In this document: positions 52,853 to 62,619 of the stretch, one piece after another
How the letters are laid out: each line of letters starts with the position of its first letter
How positions within the stretch are numbered: the first letter of the stretch is position 1
Assembly (NCBI GenBank): GCA_039587355.1
Contig: JBDHIO010000032.1
Span: forward strand, 2,844 to 66,843
Reading direction: 5' to 3'
Source of the DNA: Gemmatimonadota bacterium
GTDB taxonomy: Bacteria > Gemmatimonadota > Gemmatimonadetes > Palauibacterales > Palauibacteraceae
DNA length: 64,000 nucleotides
Made by a program: the position numbers and the translations under genes
Notes under the pieces: generated by a model
Database searches by the model: none
Told to the model about the DNA's origin: nothing
What the model saw: the letters and a program-made list of their open reading frames with translations, nothing else

Positions 52853-54946
52853 GTGATTCGTTCCCGCAGCTTCGTCCCGATCGTTCTCGTGCTCGCTCTC
52901 GGTCCCCTCCTGGCTGCGTGTGGGGATACGTCGCGCGACATCGACGTGCTCGCGGGCTCCGGTGCCGTGGACGACGTCCGACTCGCCAACGCCGACGCCG
53001 ACGAGGAGAACTGGCTCACCTACGGGCGCACCTACAAGGAGCAGCGCCACAGCCCGCTGACGCAGATCAACGAGCAGACGATTGACCGGCTTGGGCTCGC
53101 CTGGTGGGCACCGATGGGGACGATCCGCGGACTCGAGGCGACGCCGCTCGTCGTGGACGGGAAGATCTTCGTCACCGGTTCCTGGAGCGTCATGAGCGCC
53201 TTCGACGCCGCGACCGGGGAACACCTGTGGACCTATGATCCCCAGGTGAACCGGGCGCACGCGCGCTACGTGTGCTGCGACGTGGTGAACCGCGGGCCCG
53301 CGTACTACCGGGGCAAGGTGTTCGCCGGGACGATCGACGGCCGGATGGTGTCGGTGGCTGCCGAAACCGGTGAACTCGTCTGGGAGACGCAGACCACTCC
53401 CGTCGGTGAGGCCTACGCCGTGACCGGGGCGCCCCGGATCGCCGATGGGAAGGTCCTCATTGGAAACGGTGGAGCGGAGTACGGGGTCCGCGGATACGTG
53501 ACGGCCTACGACGCGGAGACCGGTGAGGAGTCCTGGCGCGTCTACACCGTCCCCGGCGACCCGGCGAACGGGCAGGAGACACCGGCGCTCGAAGCCGCCG
53601 AGGAGACCTGGTCCGGAGACTGGTGGCAGGCCGGGGGAGGCGGGACCGCGTGGGATTCGATCGTCTACGACCCCGAGCTCGGGCTCGTCTACATCGGCGT
53701 CGGCAACGGTTCCCCGTGGTACGAGCGCATCCGCAGCCCCGGCGGCGGCGACAATCTCTACCTCTCCTCGATCCTCGCCGTCCGCGCTTCGGACGGTGAA
53801 TACGTCTGGCACTACCAGACGACGCCCGCCGACAACTGGGACTACACCGCCACGCAGCCGCTGATGCTGGCGGAGCTCGAGGTCGATGGGCGCGAGCGGA
53901 AGGTCATCATGCAGGCGCCCAAGAACGGGTTCTTCTACGTGATCGACCGCGAGACAGGCGAGTTCCTCTCAGGCGAGGCCTTCGCAGATGTGAACTGGGC
54001 CACGGGGATCGACGAGAACGGCCGCCCGATCGAGAATCCGGCCGCCCGCAGTCTCGAGACACCGATGCACGTGGCTCCGGGTCCGAACGGGTCCCACAAC
54101 TGGCACCCCATGTCGTACAACCCGGAAACCGGGCTCGTGTACTTCCCCGTGTACGAGCATTCGACCCTCCACGCGGTCGACGACGAATGGGAGTACGATC
54201 GGCGGCGGATCAACATCGGAGGCGACTTCACGTACGACGGTCCGGCGGTAGGCGAGGAGAGGCCTCAGGTCGGACGGCTCGTCGCCTGGGACCCTGTCGA
54301 GCAGCGGGAAGTGTGGCGCGTCGAGCACCCCCAGCCGCTATCCGGCGGGACGCTCTCGACCGAGGCGGGGCTCGTGTTCCAGGGAAGGGCGGACGGTCGA
54401 TTCGCCGCCTACCGGGCAACGGACGGAGAGCTCCTGTGGAGCTTTCAACACGAGACTGGAATTGCAGCTGCACCAGTGACTTACGCCGTCGACGGAACGC
54501 AGTACGTTGCCGTACTTGCGGGCTGGGGCGGACCCGAAGTACTTCTGAATTTCGGCCTCGGGGAGGGCGCGACCGGGCCCGGTCGGCTCCTCGTCTTCGC
54601 GCTGGACGGCGCTGCAGAGTTGCCACCGCCCGCGCCGCCGCTGCCACCGATCGAGGCTCCGACGTACGAACTCGCCGCGACCGATGCGGACGTCGAGGCG
54701 GGGGAGACCCTTTACGGTGAGAACTGCATCGCATGCCACGGGGCGGACGTCGTGAGTGGTGGGATCGTTCCCGACCTGCGGCGCACCACGGCCGAGGTTC
54801 ATGCGACGTTCGAGGACATCGTGCTACGGGGTGCCCGGGCCACGCTCGGAATGCCCCCGTTCGACGACCGGTTGGATGCCGACGAAGTGCGCCAGGTCCA
54901 GGCGTTCGTGCTGTCGCGCGCGCGAGAGTCCGTTGGCGAGAACTGA
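52853..54946 (+). CDS. PQQ-dependent quinohemoprotein alcohol dehydrogenase (type II, C-terminal cytochrome c)
   Basis: GGAGG upstream of GTG 52853, lipobox LAAC, VCCDVVNRG, GAEYGVRG, WDYTATQ, CIACH heme motif. Confidence 0.93.
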   Translation: MIRSRSFVPIVLVLALGPLLAACGDTSRDIDVLAGSGAVDDVRLANADADEENWLTYGRTYKEQRHSPLTQINEQTIDRLGLAWWAPMGTIRGLEATPLVVDGKIFVTGSWSVMSAFDAATGEHLWTYDPQVNRAHARYVCCDVVNRGPAYYRGKVFAGTIDGRMVSVAAETGELVWETQTTPVGEAYAVTGAPRIADGKVLIGNGGAEYGVRGYVTAYDAETGEESWRVYTVPGDPANGQETPALEAAEETWSGDWWQAGGGGTAWDSIVYDPELGLVYIGVGNGSPWYERIRSPGGGDNLYLSSILAVRASDGEYVWHYQTTPADNWDYTATQPLMLAELEVDGRERKVIMQAPKNGFFYVIDRETGEFLSGEAFADVNWATGIDENGRPIENPAARSLETPMHVAPGPNGSHNWHPMSYNPETGLVYFPVYEHSTLHAVDDEWEYDRRRINIGGDFTYDGPAVGEERPQVGRLVAWDPVEQREVWRVEHPQPLSGGTLSTEAGLVFQGRADGRFAAYRATDGELLWSFQHETGIAAAPVTYAVDGTQYVAVLAGWGGPEVLLNFGLGEGATGPGRLLVFALDGAAELPPPAPPLPPIEAPTYELAATDADVEAGETLYGENCIACHGADVVSGGIVPDLRRTTAEVHATFEDIVLRGARATLGMPPFDDRLDADEVRQVQAFVLSRARESVGEN

Positions 54947-54958
54947 CGGGCGGGGCGT

Positions 54959-55150
54959 GAGGCAGGCGCCCGGCGTCTGTTCAGGGACGCTGCGGGGTGG
55001 TCCGAGGGCCACCACCCGCGGCCTTCCCTGAGCGCCAGCCAACGGCTTCCTCGCTTCGGCGCGTCGGGTCGCACGGCCGGATGATGGACACCTCGTTCCG
55101 CCTGGAGGAGATGGAGGCCGGGCACCCCGATACGGCCAGGCGCCGGCCTC
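54959..55150. ncRNA. Candidate ~190-nt structured RNA or MITE-like element
   Basis: Ends are imperfect inverted repeats; long internal hairpin at 54979-55033; TAGACT -10-like hexamer on - at 55176-55171; intergenic. Family not identified. Confidence 0.4.
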
Positions 55151-55361
55151 CCTTCGCTTCGCTGAACAGGAGTCTATGGCGGGGTCTCAAGGGCGTATCA
55201 ACGATGCGGGCCCCCGGATCTAGTGCGGCTCGCCTCCGGGGGAGATCGAAGGCTCCCGCCTCGCATGGCGCCGGCCTCGGGCTGATCGAACTCCCGGAGC
55301 AGCGCCTCTCCACACGTGACCCGTGGTGGACCGAGTCGCCCGGTCGAATCATGTTCACGAC

Positions 55362-58013
55362 ATGAGAGACCTCCCGGGGGCATTTGCGAGCGCGTTGGGT
55401 GACCGCTACTCGATCGAGCGCGAGCTCGGTGAAGGCGGAATGGCCACGGTGTATCTCGCGACGGACGTCAAACACGACCGCCAGGTGGCGATCAAGGTCC
55501 TGAAGCCCGAGCTCGCCGCCGTGATCGGGGCCGAGCGGTTCCTGGCCGAGATCAAGACAACGGCGAACCTCCAGCACCCCCATGTCCTGCCGCTTCACGA
55601 TTCCGGCGATGTCAAAGGGCTCCTCTACTTCGTGATGCCGTATGTCGAGGGCGAGTCGCTGCGGGACCGGATCGACCGGGAGAAACAGCTCCCCGTGGAC
55701 GACGCGGTCGGGATCGCATCGGAAGTGGCGGACGCGCTCGAGTACGCCCATGGCCGCGGAGTCATTCACCGGGATATCAAGCCGGCGAACATCCTGCTCC
55801 ACGAGGGCAGAGCGCTCGTCGCGGACTTCGGGATCGCGCTCGCGGTGTCGTCTGCGGGGGGCACCCGGCTGACCGAGACGGGGCTCTCCATCGGCACGCC
55901 GCAGTACATGTCCCCCGAGCAGGCGACCGGCGATCGCGAGCTCGACGGTCGGAGCGATCTGTACTCGCTCGGTTGCGTGCTGTACGAGATGCTCGCGGGT
56001 GAGCCGCCCCACACGGGCTCGACCGCCCAGGCGATCTTCGCGCGGGTACTGACGGACGAGCCGCGGGCCCTCAGCGAGCTCCGGCCAACCGTGCCGGCCG
56101 CCGTCGAAGCCGCAGTGCACGGCGCGCTGCAGAAGCTCCCGGCGGATCGGTTCGCCTCGGCGGGGGAGTTCGCGGACGCGCTGGCGGATCCCGAGCACCA
56201 GATCCCGCTGGCGGCGCTGCAAAGCCGTGTCTCCGAGAAGCCCGTGGGCTCGGTGCCGCTCATGCTCGCGGCGGTCGGGATCGCGTTCGGGTTCTGGGGC
56301 GTGTGGCAGGGGGGCGGGGGTACCCCGGGTTCCGCGACGGGCGATAGTACTCACCGACTCGCCGTGCCCCTGCCCGAGGATCGAAATCTCGTCGCCAACA
56401 TCGGCACGCCGCCCCCGTTCGATGTTTCCCATGACGGTCGCTGGCTGGTCTACGCGGGGGACGCGGGAGATGGACCGCGGCTGTTCCTGCGGGATCTCTC
56501 GAGCTTCGAGCCTGCCAGCGAGCTGCCGGACACCGAGGACGCACAGGCGCCATTCTTCTCGGCGGACGGAGCCTGGATCGGGTTCTTTGCCGAGGATGAG
56601 TTACGGCGTATCGGGACCGGCGGCGGAGAGGTCCTCCCGATCACGACGGCACGAGGTGTTCCCCGGGGGGCTACGTGGGGGAGCAACGGGACCATCCTTT
56701 TCGCCCTGCGGGGCGACAGCCTCTTCAGCGTGCCCGAGAGCGGCGGCCCGGCCACAGGGATCTTGCTGAGCCCCGTCAACGAGCCGATTCCCGGTCCCGG
56801 CGACACCGTCGCCACGATGGTTTCAGGCTTCGCCCCTAGCTGGCCCCAGTACCTGCCCGGGGAGCGACAGGCGCTCGTGACGGTCGAGGACGGAACCGGC
56901 GTTCTCGATCTGGAGTCCGGAGACTTTCGATACGTCGCGTCGGAAGGTCAGGCCACGTACCTGCCGACAGGACACCTGCTGCTTCATGAGGCCGAGGGAC
57001 GATTGCGACTCGCTCCCTTCGACCTGAACGCTCTGGACGTGACGGGTCCCCCGCAGCCCATCCTCGAGAGCGTATTCCGTGGCCCCGCTTCGGGCGCAGC
57101 GATGGTCCGGGTCTCGGGGAACGGGACGGTCGTCTACGTGTCGGGCGGTTTCGATCGGACACTGTGGCTGGTCGAGCGAGACGGCTCCTCCATGAGGATC
57201 GATACACAGCCCAGGGGATATCGCTTCCCGGCCGTCTCGCCGGATGGCGGAACGATCGCCCTGACCATCGACCCCCGCCCGTCGGACATATGGACCTTCG
57301 ATTTCCAGGGCAGGGGGCAGCCATTCTTTACGGGAGAGTCCCACGACATCCTTCCGGTGTGGCACCCGACCGGACAGCGTATGGCGCTGTCGATCGGGAA
57401 CGAGGCGGCGGTGATGAACGTGCCGCCCGATGGGGAACCGTTCCTCTTTCATCGCCCGGAGAGCCAGTGGCCCACGAGTTGGCTCGGGGACGGGCGAATC
57501 GTGGCGGATGAGCGCGCGGCCGACACGGGCCGAGATATCATCGTCATGGACCCGGCGACCGGCGAATCAGACGGGTTCCACGTCACCGCCGCGAACGAAT
57601 ACAGCCCGGCGGCCTCCCCCAACGGTCGCTGGGTCGCCTTCACGTCCGATGTGAGCGGGACACCGGAGATCTACGCGCTTCCCGAGTCGGGGGAAGGGGC
57701 GCCGATTCCGGTGTCGATCGGTGGAGGATCCGACGCGAAATGGGCTCGCGATGGGTCCGAGGTATTCTATCGTCGGGGGAGCACGATCATGGCCGTACCG
57801 ATCGAGAACGCCGCCACCCTCCAGGTCGGCACACCCGTGGAACTCTTCTCCGGCAACTGGGACTTCGCTCAGGAGCGTAACTGGGATCCGACGCCGGACG
57901 GCCGGTTCGTGATGGTGCAGGCCGATCCACGAGCCACGCGCCAGCTCCAGGTCGTGGTCAACTGGTTCGCGGAGATCGAGGGGCGCGACCAGGCGGCGCA
58001 GCGTCCCCGCTAG
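55362..58013 (+). CDS. Hanks-type Ser/Thr kinase with TM helix and PD40/TolB-like beta-propeller
   Basis: Kinase motifs HRDIKPAN, DFG; then repeated SHDGRWL, FSADGAWI, SPDGGTI, SPNGRWVAFTSD. Confidence 0.92.
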   Translation: MRDLPGAFASALGDRYSIERELGEGGMATVYLATDVKHDRQVAIKVLKPELAAVIGAERFLAEIKTTANLQHPHVLPLHDSGDVKGLLYFVMPYVEGESLRDRIDREKQLPVDDAVGIASEVADALEYAHGRGVIHRDIKPANILLHEGRALVADFGIALAVSSAGGTRLTETGLSIGTPQYMSPEQATGDRELDGRSDLYSLGCVLYEMLAGEPPHTGSTAQAIFARVLTDEPRALSELRPTVPAAVEAAVHGALQKLPADRFASAGEFADALADPEHQIPLAALQSRVSEKPVGSVPLMLAAVGIAFGFWGVWQGGGGTPGSATGDSTHRLAVPLPEDRNLVANIGTPPPFDVSHDGRWLVYAGDAGDGPRLFLRDLSSFEPASELPDTEDAQAPFFSADGAWIGFFAEDELRRIGTGGGEVLPITTARGVPRGATWGSNGTILFALRGDSLFSVPESGGPATGILLSPVNEPIPGPGDTVATMVSGFAPSWPQYLPGERQALVTVEDGTGVLDLESGDFRYVASEGQATYLPTGHLLLHEAEGRLRLAPFDLNALDVTGPPQPILESVFRGPASGAAMVRVSGNGTVVYVSGGFDRTLWLVERDGSSMRIDTQPRGYRFPAVSPDGGTIALTIDPRPSDIWTFDFQGRGQPFFTGESHDILPVWHPTGQRMALSIGNEAAVMNVPPDGEPFLFHRPESQWPTSWLGDGRIVADERAADTGRDIIVMDPATGESDGFHVTAANEYSPAASPNGRWVAFTSDVSGTPEIYALPESGEGAPIPVSIGGGSDAKWARDGSEVFYRRGSTIMAVPIENAATLQVGTPVELFSGNWDFAQERNWDPTPDGRFVMVQADPRATRQLQVVVNWFAEIEGRDQAAQRPR

Positions 58014-58014
58014 G

Positions 58015-58572
58015 TCAGAGGCCGACCGGGAAGAGTCGGAAGAGGATCTGCGACGTGACCAGCGTCGCCAGGTACCCGATCGCGATCCACAGGTGGACGC
58101 GGCGATCGCTGATCACGAGTCCCAGGGCGAGGATCCCCACAAGCGTGATCTGCGCGATTCGATACGGGTGCGCGAACGGGATCCCGAGCAACACCATGGA
58201 CCAGATCACGTTGTTCAGCCCGAGCACGACGGACGTCCCGAAGAACCACCGGCGCATCGAGAAGAACTGCTCTTCCCAATCGGTCTCGGTGGTGACGCCC
58301 ACCGGCATGACGAACTGCGCCGCGAGATAGAGGAGCGAGAGCGACGCGACGTCGTACAGGAACAGGAACTGATTCCACTCCTCGATCACGCGGAGGTCCC
58401 ACTGGCTCCACCACATCTGGAGGTGGATGTAGAACAAGGTGAGGCCCCAGATCACGGCGGGTGCGAACCGACGCCGGCTTCGCACATAGACGCCGAGCCC
58501 GCGCAGCAACTGCGCCACCCCGAGCGCGAGCACGATAGAGATGAGCACCATCAGGAATTCGAAGATCGTCAT
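58015..58572 (-). CDS. Hypothetical polytopic membrane protein
   Basis: MTIFEFLMVLISIVLALG..., about 6 hydrophobic helices. Confidence 0.78.
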   Translation of the reverse strand: MTIFEFLMVLISIVLALGVAQLLRGLGVYVRSRRRFAPAVIWGLTLFYIHLQMWWSQWDLRVIEEWNQFLFLYDVASLSLLYLAAQFVMPVGVTTETDWEEQFFSMRRWFFGTSVVLGLNNVIWSMVLLGIPFAHPYRIAQITLVGILALGLVISDRRVHLWIAIGYLATLVTSQILFRLFPVGL

Positions 58573-58680
58573 GGGCACCTCGCGCTGCGTGGACGTCTTT
58601 ACGAAACGTAAGACAGCGAAACGATACCGACAGGATCGCCCCGCCTTGTGTCTCCACGACGGGCTCCGGAGCTTGAACGC

Positions 58681-61566
58681 ATGATTGGCGAAACCGTCTC
58701 ACACTACCGGATCACCGAGGAGCTGGGCGGCGGCGGCATGGGCGTCGTCTACCGTGCGGAGGACACGCGGCTCGGTCGGGACGTCGCGCTCAAGTTCCTC
58801 CCGCCCGAGCTGACGGACGACGACGAGGCTCGTGATCGGTTCCGCGTCGAGGCCCGGGCCGCATCGGCCCTCGACCATCCGAACATCTGCACGATCTACG
58901 ACGTCGACACAACCGAGGGTGGTCAGTTGTTCATCGTCATGGCGTTCTATGACGGTGAGACGCTCGAGGCGCTCCTGAGCCGGGGCCGGATGTCGGTCGA
59001 GGAGGCGCTGGAGACGGCTCGCCAGATCGCCTCGGGGCTCGAGCGGGCGCATGAACAGGACATCGTCCATCGCGACATCAAGCCGGCGAACGTCATGGTC
59101 ACAGCCCGCGGCGAGGCGAGGATCGTCGATTTCGGCGTGGCGAAGCTGATTGGCGAAGACAGCAAGACCCGGACGGGGGCCTCGGTCGGGACCCTGGCCT
59201 ATATGTCCCCGGAACAGGTGGACGGGGAGGGGGTCGGGACGCCGGCCGATCTCTGGGGTCTCGGCGTGCTGCTCTACGAGATGCTAGCCGGAGATCTCCC
59301 GTTCACTGGATCCACTACGGAGCTGGTGGCGGGCATCGTTGGCCGCGATCCCGATCCTGCCGGTATGCGTCGCGACGACGTCCCGGAAGTGGCGGACGCT
59401 CTGGTCCTCGAACTCCTCTCGAAGGATCCGGCCCGACGCCCGACAGCTGGCGAGACGGCCCGTCGGCTCGGCGAGCTGATCGCACCCTCCGCGGTCGCGG
59501 GTGTACCTCTCTTCCGGCGGCCGACCACCTGGGTCGCGACGGTCGCGACGCTCGTCGTACTCGCGACGGCCATCGTTGTCCCGGCACAGCGCCGCGCGCG
59601 CGTGGACGAGGCGCGAGCGTCATTCGCGGAGATCGAACGTCTCGCATCGGAAGGCCGCTTTGTCGAAGCGTACGCGATCGCGGTAGAGGCCGAAGGTGTC
59701 TTGGGGCCGGATTCGGTGCTTGCAGGACTAATGCTCGAGGTCGCCGATGTACTTACCGTCCGATCCGATCCCCCGGGAGCCGAGGTGACGGCCCTCCGAT
59801 TCGAGCCGGATCCCGACCGAGGTGACCCTTTTGGGGAGTCGGTCGTTCTCGGCCGGACCCCGATCGAGGGAATCCGGTTGCCGCGTGCGGATCTACTGCT
59901 GACGCTCGAAGCCACGGGGTTCGCGCCCGTCGAGCGCATCGCCTCGAGCCGGATCGACCGCGCGCAACGAGTATGGGGATTGAACCCCCAGGTGGTCCTC
60001 GAGATCGAGATGAGGCCGGCCGACGAGGTGCCGGAGTCCACCGTCTGGGTTCCGGCGGGCGAGCACGCGCTGTTGAGCGCCGACGCTCCGGTTGGCGCCA
60101 CCGCGAACCTCGGCCCCTTCTTCATCGATCGCTTCGAGGTGACGAACGCCGAGTTCCGCGAGTTCATCCGGGACGGCGGGTACGACGCCCCGGGGCTCGA
60201 GGCCTTCCGCGACCGGACCGGCCTGCCGGGCCCCCGCGACTGGACAGGCCAGGAGTACGAGCAGGGTACGGATCGACTGCCGGTCTCGTCGGTCAGCTGG
60301 TACGAGGCACGCGCATTCTGCGAGTGGCGCGGCGGTGATCTCCCGACGCTGTACGAATGGGAGAAGGCCGCCCGGGCGGGGGCGGTACGGCAGGAGGGGT
60401 TCGCCCTCCCCTGGGGCATCGTCTCGGTCGGCGAGTCGACGGCGCTTCGGGCGAACTTCAGCGGAATCGCCCCCGTCGCGGTGGATGCCCACCCGTTCGG
60501 GATCAGCCCGTTCGGGGCCTACGCCATGGCAGGCAACGTCCGCGAATGGACGGCGAATCCGGCCGGCGAGGGCGTGATCGCCATGGGAGGCTCCTGGCAG
60601 GATCCACCCTACGTATTCTCATCCATTGCGACGCCGGATCCTGCGTCTGCCTCGCCTGGCCTCGGCTTTCGTTGCGTTCGGCGTGAAGGCGATGCCGGGT
60701 CGCATGGAGCGGGTCGGATAGACCTCGAGCGGCGCTCCCCGAGCTACACGCCGGTCGACGAGCAGACCTTTCGAGCCCACCTGGACTTCTATCGGTACGA
60801 TCCGATCGAGCCGAACACGGAGGTTCTCGAGACCGTAAAGACCGAGGACTGGACCCGGCTCAAGCTGATGTACGACGGACCGGAGGACGAGCGGATCCTC
60901 GCCTACCTGTTCCTGCCACGCGCCGCTACGCCCCCATACCAGACGATGGTGCTCATTCCGGGACTCACGGCCTTCTTCGCCGGCCAGTTGCACGAGTCGG
61001 CCGAGTGGCTTCTGGGACCGAATATCCGGGCCGGGCGAGCGGTGTTCGCGCCGGTACTGTACGGGATGGTCGAACGGCCTCTCCCGCCTGGGGAGGGATT
61101 CCCCGCGAGCAACACGGTCGAGTTTCGGAACCTGATGGTCCAGCACGCGACGGAATTGAGGCTCGGCGTCGACTACCTCGAGAGTCGGGGCGACATCGAC
61201 ATGGATCGACTCGCGTACGTGGGGCAGAGCTTCGGCGCCGGGTCGAGGTCGGTGTTCGCCGCGGTGGACGATCGCTGGCGTGCGGTGATCTTCGTGGGGG
61301 CCGGCATCGACGAGAGGCTGCACCCCACCGTGCCGGAGGCCCTGAACGTGAATTTCCTTCCCTACATCACGGCCCCGAAGCTAGTCGTGAACGGACGTCT
61401 GGATGAGGAGCACCCGTGGCTCACCCGCGGGCTGCCGTACTGGGAGCTTCTGAGCGAGCCGAAGGAACTGGAGCTTGCCGACGACGAGGGGCACATCCCT
61501 TCGCTAGAGGTTCGGGTGCCCGCGATCAACGGCTTTCTTGACCGACAGTTCGGACCCGTGCGATGA
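58681..61566 (+). CDS. Ser/Thr kinase fused to TM, PEGA-like, FGE-sulfatase-like and alpha/beta-hydrolase domains
   Basis: Kinase motifs; VRSDPPGAEV; IDRFEVTNAEF, LPTLYEWEKAAR, MAGNVREW, LGFRC; YVGQSFG, NGRLDE, EGHIP. Confidence 0.9.
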   Translation: MIGETVSHYRITEELGGGGMGVVYRAEDTRLGRDVALKFLPPELTDDDEARDRFRVEARAASALDHPNICTIYDVDTTEGGQLFIVMAFYDGETLEALLSRGRMSVEEALETARQIASGLERAHEQDIVHRDIKPANVMVTARGEARIVDFGVAKLIGEDSKTRTGASVGTLAYMSPEQVDGEGVGTPADLWGLGVLLYEMLAGDLPFTGSTTELVAGIVGRDPDPAGMRRDDVPEVADALVLELLSKDPARRPTAGETARRLGELIAPSAVAGVPLFRRPTTWVATVATLVVLATAIVVPAQRRARVDEARASFAEIERLASEGRFVEAYAIAVEAEGVLGPDSVLAGLMLEVADVLTVRSDPPGAEVTALRFEPDPDRGDPFGESVVLGRTPIEGIRLPRADLLLTLEATGFAPVERIASSRIDRAQRVWGLNPQVVLEIEMRPADEVPESTVWVPAGEHALLSADAPVGATANLGPFFIDRFEVTNAEFREFIRDGGYDAPGLEAFRDRTGLPGPRDWTGQEYEQGTDRLPVSSVSWYEARAFCEWRGGDLPTLYEWEKAARAGAVRQEGFALPWGIVSVGESTALRANFSGIAPVAVDAHPFGISPFGAYAMAGNVREWTANPAGEGVIAMGGSWQDPPYVFSSIATPDPASASPGLGFRCVRREGDAGSHGAGRIDLERRSPSYTPVDEQTFRAHLDFYRYDPIEPNTEVLETVKTEDWTRLKLMYDGPEDERILAYLFLPRAATPPYQTMVLIPGLTAFFAGQLHESAEWLLGPNIRAGRAVFAPVLYGMVERPLPPGEGFPASNTVEFRNLMVQHATELRLGVDYLESRGDIDMDRLAYVGQSFGAGSRSVFAAVDDRWRAVIFVGAGIDERLHPTVPEALNVNFLPYITAPKLVVNGRLDEEHPWLTRGLPYWELLSEPKELELADDEGHIPSLEVRVPAINGFLDRQFGPVR

Positions 61567-62615
61567 CCGCCGCGCCGATCCGTGGCCACTGCGCGGCACC
61601 GCTACTTGTCCTCCTGGTCGCTCTGTTCAGCGCCTACTGCGCACAGCCCGGTGGAGAAGGGGATTCGGGAACGTTCGAGCACGACCTCGCGACGGGACCG
61701 ACGCCCTGGACACATGCCGACTTCGACGTCGGCGAGGACGATTTCACGTTCGCTATCGCCAGCGACCTCACCGGGGGTGAACGCGATGGGATCTTCGCCG
61801 TCGCGGCGGAGCAGCTGGCCATCCTCCGACCCGAGTTGATCATGAGCGTCGGTGATCTCATCGAGGGCGAGACGGAGGATCCGACATCCCTCGCCGTCGA
61901 GTGGGACTGGTTCGACGAGCGAGCGAGGCGCGCGGTCTCGCCGTTCTTCTACGTAGCCGGCAACCACGACGCGACGGCGGTGCCGCTGCGGGACGTCTGG
62001 AACGAGCGCCTCGGTCCGATCCATTACCACTTCGTCTATCGGAACGTCCTTTTTCTCGTCCTCGACACGGAGGACCACACCGACGAATTCCGGGAGTTGA
62101 TCAAAACGAAGCGAAACGAATCGCTCGTTGTGCTCGAGAACGAGGGGTCCGACGCCTGGATGCAGACCGAGTACTTCCTCATGCCCGAGCGAGAGACCGG
62201 ACAGATTCGGCCGCGGCAGGCGGACGAGATCGTCGCGGCGATCGAGGCGAACCCCGATGTCCGCTGGACGTTCGTGTTCATGCACAAGCCGATCTGGCGG
62301 GGAGACGATGCCGAGTGGCGCCGAATCGAGGCGGCGCTAGGAGACGGCGCGTACTCGGTGTTCGGCGGCCACCTGCACAACTTCGAGCACGAGGTGCGAA
62401 ACGGTCGCGACTACACCGTGCTCGCGACGACCGGGGGCGCCCAGGGCGCGACCCGCCCGATGGCGTTCGATCACGTCACCCTCGTGCGCGTATCGGGCGA
62501 GGAGCCGTCGGTGGCCCACCTGCGGCTCGACGGGATCCTCGACCGGACGGGCCACCTGCCCGCCGGAGGCGACACGCTGTGCTTCCAGGCCTCGAGGTGC
62601 GGGGGAGGGGAGTAG
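61563..62615 (+). CDS. Exported calcineurin-like metallophosphoesterase
   Basis: SDLTGG, SVGDL, AGNHD, FMHKP, GHLH; signal peptide; ATGA overlap with the upstream kinase. Confidence 0.88.
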   Translation: MTAAPIRGHCAAPLLVLLVALFSAYCAQPGGEGDSGTFEHDLATGPTPWTHADFDVGEDDFTFAIASDLTGGERDGIFAVAAEQLAILRPELIMSVGDLIEGETEDPTSLAVEWDWFDERARRAVSPFFYVAGNHDATAVPLRDVWNERLGPIHYHFVYRNVLFLVLDTEDHTDEFRELIKTKRNESLVVLENEGSDAWMQTEYFLMPERETGQIRPRQADEIVAAIEANPDVRWTFVFMHKPIWRGDDAEWRRIEAALGDGAYSVFGGHLHNFEHEVRNGRDYTVLATTGGAQGATRPMAFDHVTLVRVSGEEPSVAHLRLDGILDRTGHLPAGGDTLCFQASRCGGGE

Positions 62616-62619
62616 CGGC

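Noticed and set aside
55039-55087. HDV-like ribozyme resemblance on + (GCT-TCCTCGCTTC-GGC...GG...C-GGA)
   Set aside because: P1 would be only 5 bp, L3 10 nt and P2 has a mismatch; too far from the consensus to call without a descriptor search.
54981-55091. Short minus-strand ORF VSIIRPCDPTRRSEEAVGW...
   Set aside because: No convincing RBS or recognisable motif; it overlaps the structured element.
60500-60700. FGE/CLec domain as a diversity-generating retroelement target
   Set aside because: No reverse transcriptase and no template-repeat copy seen in the window.
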